Positions 42,900 to 50,827 of a stretch of 64,000 nt of DNA are shown piece after piece. Both the position numbers and the translations under genes were made by a program. Origin of the DNA: Stenotrophomonas sp. (GTDB lineage Bacteria; Pseudomonadota; Gammaproteobacteria; Xanthomonadales; Xanthomonadaceae). The notes under the pieces are model-generated. The model was not told the DNA's origin. It worked only from the letters and a program-made list of their open reading frames with translations, and searched no databases. Position 1 is the stretch's first letter, and every line of letters starts with the position of its first letter. Location: assembly GCA_051885115.1 (NCBI GenBank), contig JBJEWP010000024.1:12002-76001 (forward strand), written 5' to 3'.

Positions 42900-43043
42900 A
42901 CGGTTCAGCAGGTGTTGCTTGCTGCAGGATGCAGCCGGCAATACCGGTAGGGGAAGGATTCCAAAAGGATCAGGCACGGATGCCAACAGGGATGTGTATC
43001 GCCCGGTGGCGCACAGTGACGTGCGGCCGGGCGATTTGTTTTT
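42900..43043 (+). ncRNA. CsrA/RsmA-sequestering small RNA candidate (RsmU-like) in the comEA 3' UTR
   Basis: ANGGA motifs with GGA at 42927, 42956, 42967, 42978, 42990; four sit in stem-loops; ends in a terminator; 5' end uncertain. Confidence 0.75.
42998..43043 (+). terminator. Terminator closing the GGA-rich RNA
   Basis: ATCGCCCGG...CGCAC-AGTGAC-GTGCG...CCGGGCGAT followed by TTGTTTTT. Confidence 0.75.
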
Positions 43044-43115
43044 GATGCGGGTGCCACCAGTGGGCGTGTGGTCATGGCGACATGGGGATGGCGCCTGGCA
43101 GATGTGGGTGGCGGT

Positions 43116-43167
43116 AACGCACGCACCGGTGAAGGTGGGGCCTTGCCGGTGCGTGCGTTGCTTTTTT
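43116..43167 (+). terminator. Second long terminator hairpin
   Basis: AACGCACGCACCGG/CCGGTGCGTGCGTT 14-bp stem plus AAGG/CCTT, followed by GCTTTTTT. Confidence 0.75.
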
Positions 43168-43435
43168 GGAGGCAACAGCGCGAGGCTACCGGCTATCGGC
43201 TACCAGTTCCCGCCATGTGCTGTGTTCCACAGGCAACAGTTGCGTGCAACTGGCAGGGGCTGCGGGCTGGCAGCGGCCCGTGGTTGCGGCATGGCCGGCT
43301 GTAGATTGCTGCCTGCCGACAATGACGACCATACTTGCTGCGCCGCAACGGCGGCATTTTTTGTTTATGGTCAGCGGTGTCCGCGGGGCCGGCAACTGCC
43401 GGTGACCTTGGATTACCGTTCTTCAGGCAGGTTCC

Positions 43436-44665
43436 ATGCACAGCGCACCCTTCGTCTCGTTCCGGCGTATTGCCCTGCTGGTGGCAGGGTTGTCGATGTT
43501 CGGCCCGTTCGCCATCGATGCGGTGTTCCCGGCCTTTCCGCGCATCGGCAGCCAGTTCGGGCTGGACAAGCTGGCGCTGCAGCAGGTGATCAGTGTCTAC
43601 CTGCTGGCCTATGCCCTGATGAGCCTGGTCCACGGCGCGTTGTCCGATGCGCTGGGGCGCAAGCGGGTGATCGTCGGTGGCCTGCTGGTGTTCATTGCGG
43701 CTTCGGTGGGCTGCGCGCTGGCCCGCGACATGCCCACCTTGCTGTTCTTCCGCGCCCTGCAGGGGATGTCGGCCGGGGTGGGCTACATCATCGGCCGGGC
43801 GGTGATCCGTGACCTGTATGCCGGCGACGAGGCCCAGCGCCTGATGAGCCAGGTGTCGATGATCTTCTCCATTGCCCCGGCCATTGCCCCGATCATCGGC
43901 GGCTGGCTGCTGGGCTGGGGCAACTGGCCGCTGATCTTCTGGTTCCTGGTGGGTTTTTCTGCCCTGCTGCTGGCCGCGACCCTGCGCTGGTTGCCGGAAA
44001 CCCATCCGCCGCAGGCGCGGCTGGCGCTCAAGCCGCTGTCCCTTGCACGCGATTACCTGCAGATCGCCCGCAACGGGCGGTTCCTGCGCCTGGCCGGCGC
44101 CGGTGCGCTGGGGTTTGGCGGCCTGTTCCTGTACATCGCCTCGGCCCCGGCGGTGATCATCGACCTGCTGGGGCTGGGCGAGCGCGATTTTGCCTGGCTG
44201 TTCGTACCCACCATTGCCGGCATGAGCCTGGGTGCCTGGGTATCCGGGCGCAGCGCCGGGCGCATCAGCGGTGAACGGGCGATTGCCTGCGGTTTTGCCG
44301 TGCTCGCGCTGTCGGTGTTGTGGAATGTCGGCTACAACCTGTCCACCGACACCCCGCAGGTGCCGTGGGCGATGCTCGGCCTGAGCCTGCATGCCTTCGG
44401 TACGGCGCTGATCTTCCCGGTGCTGACCCTGCGCATCCTGGACATGTACCCGCGTCAGCGCGGCTCGGCCTCCTCGATGCAGGCCTTCAGTGTGCTGGTC
44501 ACCAACACCCTTGTGGCCGGGGTGCTGTCGCCGTTGCTCAGTCACCATGGCCTGCACCTGGCGCTGGGGGCGGCGGCCTTCATTGCCGCGGCCGGCCTGC
44601 TCTGGTGGCTGGAGTTGCGGGCCATCACCCGCTCAGGCAAGCGTGCGCCTGATCAGGGACAATGA
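43436..44665 (+). CDS. Bcr/CflA family MFS drug efflux transporter
   Basis: PFAIDAVFPAFP, GALSDALGRK motif A, RAVIRDLY, LPETHP; 12 TM. Confidence 0.92.
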   Translation: MHSAPFVSFRRIALLVAGLSMFGPFAIDAVFPAFPRIGSQFGLDKLALQQVISVYLLAYALMSLVHGALSDALGRKRVIVGGLLVFIAASVGCALARDMPTLLFFRALQGMSAGVGYIIGRAVIRDLYAGDEAQRLMSQVSMIFSIAPAIAPIIGGWLLGWGNWPLIFWFLVGFSALLLAATLRWLPETHPPQARLALKPLSLARDYLQIARNGRFLRLAGAGALGFGGLFLYIASAPAVIIDLLGLGERDFAWLFVPTIAGMSLGAWVSGRSAGRISGERAIACGFAVLALSVLWNVGYNLSTDTPQVPWAMLGLSLHAFGTALIFPVLTLRILDMYPRQRGSASSMQAFSVLVTNTLVAGVLSPLLSHHGLHLALGAAAFIAAAGLLWWLELRAITRSGKRAPDQGQ

Positions 44666-44716
44666 GCGCCGTTGCCCGGCTGCCGGCGGGGCAGGCCTCT
44701 TACCCGGAAGTGATTG

Positions 44717-45118
44717 ATGTCCACTGATTCAAAAAACCGCCGCGAGGCAAAGAAAAAGCAGGCCGAACGTGCCGCCAACCAGAATGCCGAGCGCCTGCGT
44801 CAGGCCGTGCGCAAGGTCGAGCCGCATGCCGAGTTGCGGGACCCGCAACGCAACCTGCTGGCCGGGGTGGTACGCCGTGATGGCCAGTGGGTGCTGGGCA
44901 TGGACGGCAAGATCGCCGGGGAAAGTGACAGCGCCGCGCATGTGCTGGCCATGGTGATGGCCGCCGGCGAGCTCCACGAGCGGCAGGGCAAGCCGGTGCG
45001 CCTGATGTATTCCGATGCGCTGCGTGATGCCGCCAATGCCGAAGTTGCGGCCATGGGCCAGACCTTTGAGCAGTTCAAGAATGACCTGGTGGCGCGTCTG
45101 GGCGGCAAGCTGCACTGA
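44717..45118 (+). CDS. Hypothetical protein
   Basis: Native codon usage, basic N-terminus, followed by a terminator. Confidence 0.7.
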   Translation: MSTDSKNRREAKKKQAERAANQNAERLRQAVRKVEPHAELRDPQRNLLAGVVRRDGQWVLGMDGKIAGESDSAAHVLAMVMAAGELHERQGKPVRLMYSDALRDAANAEVAAMGQTFEQFKNDLVARLGGKLH

Positions 45119-45149
45119 GCGCGTCCACCGTGCCGATTGACCCATGCAA

Positions 45150-45180
45150 CAAGGGCGCCGTGATGGCGCCCTTGCTGTTT
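45150..45180. terminator. Terminator between convergent genes
   Basis: CAAGGGCGCC-GTGAT-GGCGCCCTTG hairpin. Confidence 0.7.
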
Positions 45181-45226
45181 GGCGGCTGGCTGCAGGCCGG
45201 GGTGCCCGGACTGCAGGTGCCTGCGC

Positions 45227-47227
45227 TTACGGCTGTGCCGGGCTGGCCGCTGCCGGGGTGCTGCCCGGGGCCTGCCAGCCGCAGGTCTGGCCGGCATTCT
45301 GCTGCTGCAGCCATTCCTGCAGCGGGGCAAAGTAGGCCAGCATTGGCGCGGCATCGAGCTGTTCGCTGCCGGTCACTTCCTTCAGCGTGGCCTGCCACGG
45401 CTGGCTGGCACCCTTGCCCAACATGGCCCAGAACTTCTTGCCGGCCTCGGCATTGCCATAGAAGCTGCACTCGTGCAGCGGCCCGCTGAAGCCGGCGGTG
45501 TCGCACAGGCCCTTGTAGAACTGGTACTGGTAGATGCGTGCCAGGAAGTAGCGCAGGTACGGGGTGTTGCCCGGTACGTGGTACTTGGCACCGGCATCGA
45601 AGAACTCCTCGCCGCGCGGGGTGGCCGGGGCCACGCCCTGGTACCTGGCCTTCAGCTCCCACCAGGCCTTGTTGTAGTTGTCCGGGGTGATCGAGCCGTC
45701 GAATACGCCCCAGCGCCAGCGGTCGGTGAGCAGACCGAAGGGCAGGAAGGACACCCCGCTCAGGGCCATGCGCATCTGCGCGTTGATGGTGGCCTCATGG
45801 CTCTCGGCCTGGGCATCGACCAGCCCGATCGAATTCAGGTACTTGGGGGTCATCGCCAGCACGATGGTGTCGCCGATGGCTTCGTGGAAGCCGTCGTTGG
45901 CACCGCCCTGGAACAATGGCGGCAGCGGGTTGTAGGCCAGGTCGTAATAGATGTGGCCCAGCTCGTGGTAGATCGTGGTGAAGGTTTCCTCGGTCGGGGT
46001 GATGCACATCTTGGTGCGCACGTCCGGCTGGGTGCCGCCTTCGCCGCCCATGTTCATGTCCCACGCGCTGGCGTGGCAGACCACGTTGCGGTCCAGCGGC
46101 TTGATGAACTGCGTGTTTGCCCAGTAGCTGTCCGGCAGCGCCGGCATGCCCAGCCCGGTGTAGAACTGCTCGGCCTGGCGGGTCATGTCCTGGGCGGTCT
46201 TCAGTTCGGCCGCGCGCTGGGCCATCAGCCGCTGTTCGACGCTGGCTCCGGCAGGCAGGCCGGCCTGGGCCTTGCTCAGGTTGGCCTGGTGCTGCTTTTC
46301 CAGGGCGGCGGTGATGTCCAGCGAACCGGCACCCGGGTAAGGCTGCAGGATGTCCCACAGGTTGGACCATTCCTGCTGCCACATGTTGCCGGTCAGGTGC
46401 GCCGGGATCAGCCCACCCTCGACCTGGCCCTTGTCGGCACCGTATTCGGCCACCAGCTTGGAGCGGGTGTAGCAGTGCAGCTGCTCGTACAGCGGCTTGA
46501 CCTGGTCCCACAGGCGGTCGGTTTCGCTGACCACCTGCTCGGCCGGCATGTCATAGCCGCTGCGCCACATCGCGCCGGCATCGGCATAGCCCATCTGGCT
46601 GGCGCCTTCGTTGACCAGCTCGACAAAACGCTGGTAACGGGCGCGCGAGGCGGTGGCGGTGGAATGCCAGCCGCTCCAGGCATCGAGCTGGGCGTTGTAG
46701 TCACGCGAACGGGCCAGCACGTTTTCCAGCTGGCCCAGCTGGCGGCAGTTCTGCCTGTCGCCCTCGCCGGTGCAGTAGGTGCCGGCACCGTAGTCGCCTT
46801 CCAGCTTGGCGGCGATGCTGGCCAGCTCGGCCAGCTTGGCCGGGTCGCGCGGGGCGGGCATGGCGGTCATCAGCTTGAGCAGGGAGATCGCACGGGCAGT
46901 GTCGGCGCTCATCGGCTGGCCATCGTACTTGCCGGCCTGCTCGATCCAGCCGTTGAGCACGGTCATCCAACGCTCGTTGCTCTTGGCTGCGATGCGCTCC
47001 GAATCCGGGTTGATATAGGTCGAGGCCAGCCACTGGGCCGAGGTCATTTCCGGGTACATGGCCTTGTACTCGGCGTTGACCCGGGCAATGAAGTCATCGG
47101 CGCTTTCGGCCGGGGCCTGGGTACTGGCGGCCGGCGCGGCGGTGTCGGTTGCCTGCTTGTTGCAACCGGCCAGGACGAGCAGGCTGGTGCTGATGGCGGC
47201 GGCCAGGAGCAGATGACGCTGTTTCAC
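45227..47227 (-). CDS. M2 family peptidyl-dipeptidase (ACE-like) lipoprotein
   Basis: Lipobox LAG-C, HLTGNMWQQ, CHASAWD, HELGH, GFHEAIGD, YLRYF; GTG start. Confidence 0.93.
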   Translation of the reverse strand: MKQRHLLLAAAISTSLLVLAGCNKQATDTAAPAASTQAPAESADDFIARVNAEYKAMYPEMTSAQWLASTYINPDSERIAAKSNERWMTVLNGWIEQAGKYDGQPMSADTARAISLLKLMTAMPAPRDPAKLAELASIAAKLEGDYGAGTYCTGEGDRQNCRQLGQLENVLARSRDYNAQLDAWSGWHSTATASRARYQRFVELVNEGASQMGYADAGAMWRSGYDMPAEQVVSETDRLWDQVKPLYEQLHCYTRSKLVAEYGADKGQVEGGLIPAHLTGNMWQQEWSNLWDILQPYPGAGSLDITAALEKQHQANLSKAQAGLPAGASVEQRLMAQRAAELKTAQDMTRQAEQFYTGLGMPALPDSYWANTQFIKPLDRNVVCHASAWDMNMGGEGGTQPDVRTKMCITPTEETFTTIYHELGHIYYDLAYNPLPPLFQGGANDGFHEAIGDTIVLAMTPKYLNSIGLVDAQAESHEATINAQMRMALSGVSFLPFGLLTDRWRWGVFDGSITPDNYNKAWWELKARYQGVAPATPRGEEFFDAGAKYHVPGNTPYLRYFLARIYQYQFYKGLCDTAGFSGPLHECSFYGNAEAGKKFWAMLGKGASQPWQATLKEVTGSEQLDAAPMLAYFAPLQEWLQQQNAGQTCGWQAPGSTPAAASPAQP

Positions 47228-47324
47228 GGGTGATCCCCTGCAACGAGTGGTAATTGCCGCAGGCTAGGCTGCCGCGGGCAGGCCTGCAAGTGGCACAGGC
47301 CATGCCGTGCAGGGGGGCAAGGCT

Positions 47325-48968
47325 TCAGGGCTGGCAGCCGGCAAACAGGTCCTGGTCGGGGCGGTAGGCGGCGGTGCCGACCTGCATCAGCCCCAGCACC
47401 GAGGCAAACAGGTTGTCATGCGAGGCCGGCTGGCGGCTGCGCTGTTGCAGGCAGGCCAGGTCCAGCTGGCGCGAGTGACTGAAGCCGGAGGAGAACCACA
47501 TCACCATCGGCACCCGGGTTTGTTCCTGCGGGGCAATGGCCCAGGGCAGGCCGTGCAGGTACAGGCCCTTTTCGCCGAGCGATTCACCATGGTCGGAGAC
47601 ATAGATCAGGGCGCTGTCGTAGTCCTCCAGCGTCTTGAGCCGGGCGATGCTGGTGGCCAGGAAATGGTCGGTGTAGCGCACGGCATTGTCATAGCTGTTG
47701 GTGATCTGCTGGCGGCTGCAGCGGCCCAGGTCAGTGGACTGGCAGCCGGGCAGGTAGTGGTTGAAGCTGGCCGGGTAACGCTGGAAGTAGGCCGGGCCAT
47801 GGTTGCCCAGCTGATGCAGCACCACCACGCGGTCGCCCTCTACCGCGCGCACGCGTTGTTCCAGCTGTTGCAGCAGGATTTCATCCATGCAGCGGCCGTC
47901 CTCGCACAGGCCGGGCAGCTGGGCATCATCGAGCCGGTCCACCGTCAGGCCGCTGCACACGCCCTTGCAGCCGGACTGGTTGTCGCGCCAGAGCACGCCG
48001 ATGCCGGCACGGTCGAGCACATGCAGCAGCGATTGGTGGCCCTTGATCGCGTCCTCGTCGTAATCGGCCCGCCCCCAGGGCGAGAACATGCATGGCAGCG
48101 AAACCTCGGTGCTGCTGCCGCAGCTGTGCATGTCGGGGAAGTTGATCACCCCGGCGGCGGACAACTCCGGGGTGGTCTGGCGCTGGTAACCGTTCAAGCC
48201 CCAGTTCTGGGCGCGCACGGTCTCGCCGACCACCAGCACCAGCAGACGCGGTTTGCGCCCGGCCACGCTGGACAGTGCGCGCGCATCGCTGGCTACCGGC
48301 AGCAAAGTGCGCTGGCGCAGCGGATTGCTGGCCTGCAGGCTGCGCGGCAGGGCCACCAGGTAGTTGACCGGGGTGGCCAGATAACGGATCTCGCGCTGGT
48401 TGCGCATCAACGAGGCCAGGTTCTGGAAGTCCAGCAGGGCGCCGCCGAGCCCGGTCAACAGGGCCAACAGCAGCAGCAGAAAACGCTGTCCCAGCGCCTG
48501 ACGCCAGGATTGCCGGCGCAACTGCAGCAGACTCAAGGCCATGCCCGGCAGCAGGCCGACAACGAGCACGGCCGGCAACAGCGACCATCCCAACAGTTCG
48601 CTGGCCTCCTTGTGGTCGGTATGCAACACGTTGCGCAGCATGTCCACGTCCAGGTACACGTTGTAGCGGTTCATCCAGTGCACGGCCATGGCGGTGACCA
48701 GCAGCAACAGCGGTACCAGCACGCGGGCATTCCAGCGCCAGACCAGCAGACCCAGGACCAAGGTGTTGGCTGACAGCAATACCAGCCCCATGGACAGGGC
48801 CAGGCGCAGGTCGGCTTGCGCCCCGCCCAGCACTGCCGCCCAGAAACGCTGGTTGCACAGCAGGGTGAAAAAGGCCGCCAGGATCAGCACCAGCCAGTGG
48901 CTGCTGCACTGGACACCCGGCAGGCGGAAGCCGGCGCTGCGGCCGAGAGGGGCGAGGATGGTGTTCAT
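47325..48968 (-). CDS. eptA: Lipid A phosphoethanolamine transferase
   Basis: Five TMs, VVGET, SCGSST (catalytic Thr), HQLGNHGP, YDNAVRYTD, SDHGES, LHG. Confidence 0.92.
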   Translation of the reverse strand: MNTILAPLGRSAGFRLPGVQCSSHWLVLILAAFFTLLCNQRFWAAVLGGAQADLRLALSMGLVLLSANTLVLGLLVWRWNARVLVPLLLLVTAMAVHWMNRYNVYLDVDMLRNVLHTDHKEASELLGWSLLPAVLVVGLLPGMALSLLQLRRQSWRQALGQRFLLLLLALLTGLGGALLDFQNLASLMRNQREIRYLATPVNYLVALPRSLQASNPLRQRTLLPVASDARALSSVAGRKPRLLVLVVGETVRAQNWGLNGYQRQTTPELSAAGVINFPDMHSCGSSTEVSLPCMFSPWGRADYDEDAIKGHQSLLHVLDRAGIGVLWRDNQSGCKGVCSGLTVDRLDDAQLPGLCEDGRCMDEILLQQLEQRVRAVEGDRVVVLHQLGNHGPAYFQRYPASFNHYLPGCQSTDLGRCSRQQITNSYDNAVRYTDHFLATSIARLKTLEDYDSALIYVSDHGESLGEKGLYLHGLPWAIAPQEQTRVPMVMWFSSGFSHSRQLDLACLQQRSRQPASHDNLFASVLGLMQVGTAAYRPDQDLFAGCQP

Positions 48969-49687
48969 GCGTTGACAGCCGGGGCAAGGGGGGAGGAGGG
49001 CAGCAGCCAGCTGGCCAGGGTGCGTGCGCACAGCCAGCACAGGGCCAGGCTGGCCAGGTCATGGGAAGCGAAATGGGCGCCACGCAGTTGCTGGGCCAGG
49101 CCGAATGCTGCGCCCAGTGCCAGGGCCAGCAGCAGGGCCGGCCAGCGCCAGCGCGGTGCGCGCGCCGCGGCCAGGAAATACAGTGCGATCCAGGCGTAAC
49201 CGGCACTGGCATGCCCGGCCGGGAAGCAGCCGCTGGCGGGGCCGCGGGCCAGCCAGGCCCGGGGCAGGCTCAGCCAGGGGTGCTGGCCGCCATAGCGCGC
49301 CAGGTCCCAAGGGCAGTCCACCGCGCTGACCGACTTGGCCAGGCTGACCAGCACGGTGGACAGCACGACACTGAGCAGCAGGTAAGCCAAGGGGCGTCGC
49401 CAGTGGGCCAGGCCGGGACGACAGCAGGCCAGCAAGGCCGCGCCGGCCACGCCCAGGCCGGCGGCGACACTGAGCCATTTGCCCCCCTGGTGCAGCAGCT
49501 GGCTGGTCCACCACGCATCGCGGTAGTGCCACTGGCCCCCTTGCCAGGCATACAGGTGGTCGGCCCACCAGCGGTCGCCACCGTGCTGGAGCAGGGCCAT
49601 GGCGGCCAGCAACAGCAGCACCGGCAGCATGCGCGGCACAGCGATGGCAGGTTGGTACAGCGCGGGCAGTGGCATCGGGCCGGGCAT
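48965..49687 (-). CDS. PAP2 family phosphatase (membrane)
   Basis: K...CPW, CFPAGHAS, QQLRGAHFASHD; start 49687 or 49675. Confidence 0.85.
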   Translation of the reverse strand: MPGPMPLPALYQPAIAVPRMLPVLLLLAAMALLQHGGDRWWADHLYAWQGGQWHYRDAWWTSQLLHQGGKWLSVAAGLGVAGAALLACCRPGLAHWRRPLAYLLLSVVLSTVLVSLAKSVSAVDCPWDLARYGGQHPWLSLPRAWLARGPASGCFPAGHASAGYAWIALYFLAAARAPRWRWPALLLALALGAAFGLAQQLRGAHFASHDLASLALCWLCARTLASWLLPSSPLAPAVNA

Positions 49688-49778
49688 GGCGGTCAATCCG
49701 GGGAGCAATGCCGGTCATGCTCGGGGCGCTGGCGTCGGAGGGCGGTGGGAACAGCGTCTGAAATCTGTCCGAGTGCAA

Positions 49779-49792
49779 TTAAGCGTGCTTAA
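49779..49792. promoter_or_regulatory. TTAAGC-GT-GCTTAA palindrome, candidate OmpR-family (PmrA/ColR-like) site
   Basis: Perfect inverted repeat containing two TTAA 10 bp apart, about 90 bp upstream of the PAP2-eptA operon. Confidence 0.45.
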
Positions 49793-50125
49793 CAATTGCC
49801 CGTACTTGTCCCCTGCAGGCCGCAGCCGCTGGTGTCTGCCGTGACCGGCAACAGTGACGGCCAGCCAGAGGGGCTTGCGGTGACCGTGGTGCGCGCAGGC
49901 ACCTGGCCGGGGTCTGTCCGCCATCGGCGGCCAACCCTGCCGGAGGTCTGCTGACCGCCGCCATCGTGCCGCTTGCCATGGTTGGGTCAGTTGTCCACCT
50001 GCTGCCGGTGCCGGGCAGGATCAACGCCGCCGGAGAGCCCGCACCTTTCCGACAACACTACGACCTTGCCGGCCGCATACTGTTGCGGTGTGCCACCACC
50101 GGTGGCAACGATCCGGGTGGCGGAC

Positions 50126-50827
50126 ATGCGGTTGCTGGTGATTGATGACAACCAACATCTGGTTGCCAACATCTTTGATTATTTCGAGTCCCGTGGGCAC
50201 GTGCTGGACGCGGCCCCGGACGGGGTGACCGGGTTGTACCTGGCCACCACCCAGGACTACGACGCGATCATCCTGGACTGGATGATGCCGCGGTTGGAGG
50301 GCACCGCCCTGCTCGAGCGCCTGCGCCTGGAGCACGGCTCCCGGGTGCCGGTGATCATGCTCACCGCCCGTGGCGAGCTGCCGGACAAGATTGCCGGTTT
50401 CCGCAGCGGTGCCGATGACTACCTGGTCAAGCCGTTCGCCCTGCCCGAGCTGGAGGTGCGTCTGGAAGCACTGCAGCTGCGCCGCGATGGCCGCGCGCCG
50501 TTGCAGCGGCTGCAGGTGGGCGACCTCAGCCTGGACCTGTCCACCCTGGAGGCCCGCCGTGGTGGACAGACCCTGCACCTGTACCCGGCCTGCCGCAAGC
50601 TGCTGGAGGTGTTGATGCGTGCCAGCCCGGCAGCGGTGCCACGTGAACGCCTGGAGCAGGCGCTGTGGGGCGATGAATTGCCCGATGGCGACATGCTGCG
50701 TTCGCATATCTATGAGTTGCGGCGGGCCATGGACGGGCCGTTCGCGGTGAAACTGCTGCATACCCTGCCCAAGCTGGGCTACCGTCTTCGGGTTCCTGAT
50801 GCCGGAGTACAGGACACGACGCGATGA
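50126..50827 (+). CDS. OmpR family response regulator (ColR-like)
   Basis: LLVIDD, ILDWMMP, MLTAR, GADDYLVKPF, winged HTH ending LHTLPKLGYRL. Confidence 0.92.
   Translation: MRLLVIDDNQHLVANIFDYFESRGHVLDAAPDGVTGLYLATTQDYDAIILDWMMPRLEGTALLERLRLEHGSRVPVIMLTARGELPDKIAGFRSGADDYLVKPFALPELEVRLEALQLRRDGRAPLQRLQVGDLSLDLSTLEARRGGQTLHLYPACRKLLEVLMRASPAAVPRERLEQALWGDELPDGDMLRSHIYELRRAMDGPFAVKLLHTLPKLGYRLRVPDAGVQDTTR

Noticed and set aside
42919-43812. 297-aa plus-strand ORF spanning the comEA 3' region
   Set aside because: No recognisable domain, non-native composition, crosses two terminators, and overlaps the MFS gene out of frame; better explained by structured RNA
45179-47233. Long antisense ORFs (also 39735-41795, 25740-27734, 20576-22333, 13167-14201, 7820-9301 and many others)
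   Set aside because: Shadow frames of real genes, expected in high-GC DNA with strong codon bias; no motifs or RBS
47291-47305. TGGCAC-N5-ATGC sigma-54-like promoter
   Set aside because: Imperfect -12 element, and it points antisense into eptA with no downstream gene or nearby activator evidence
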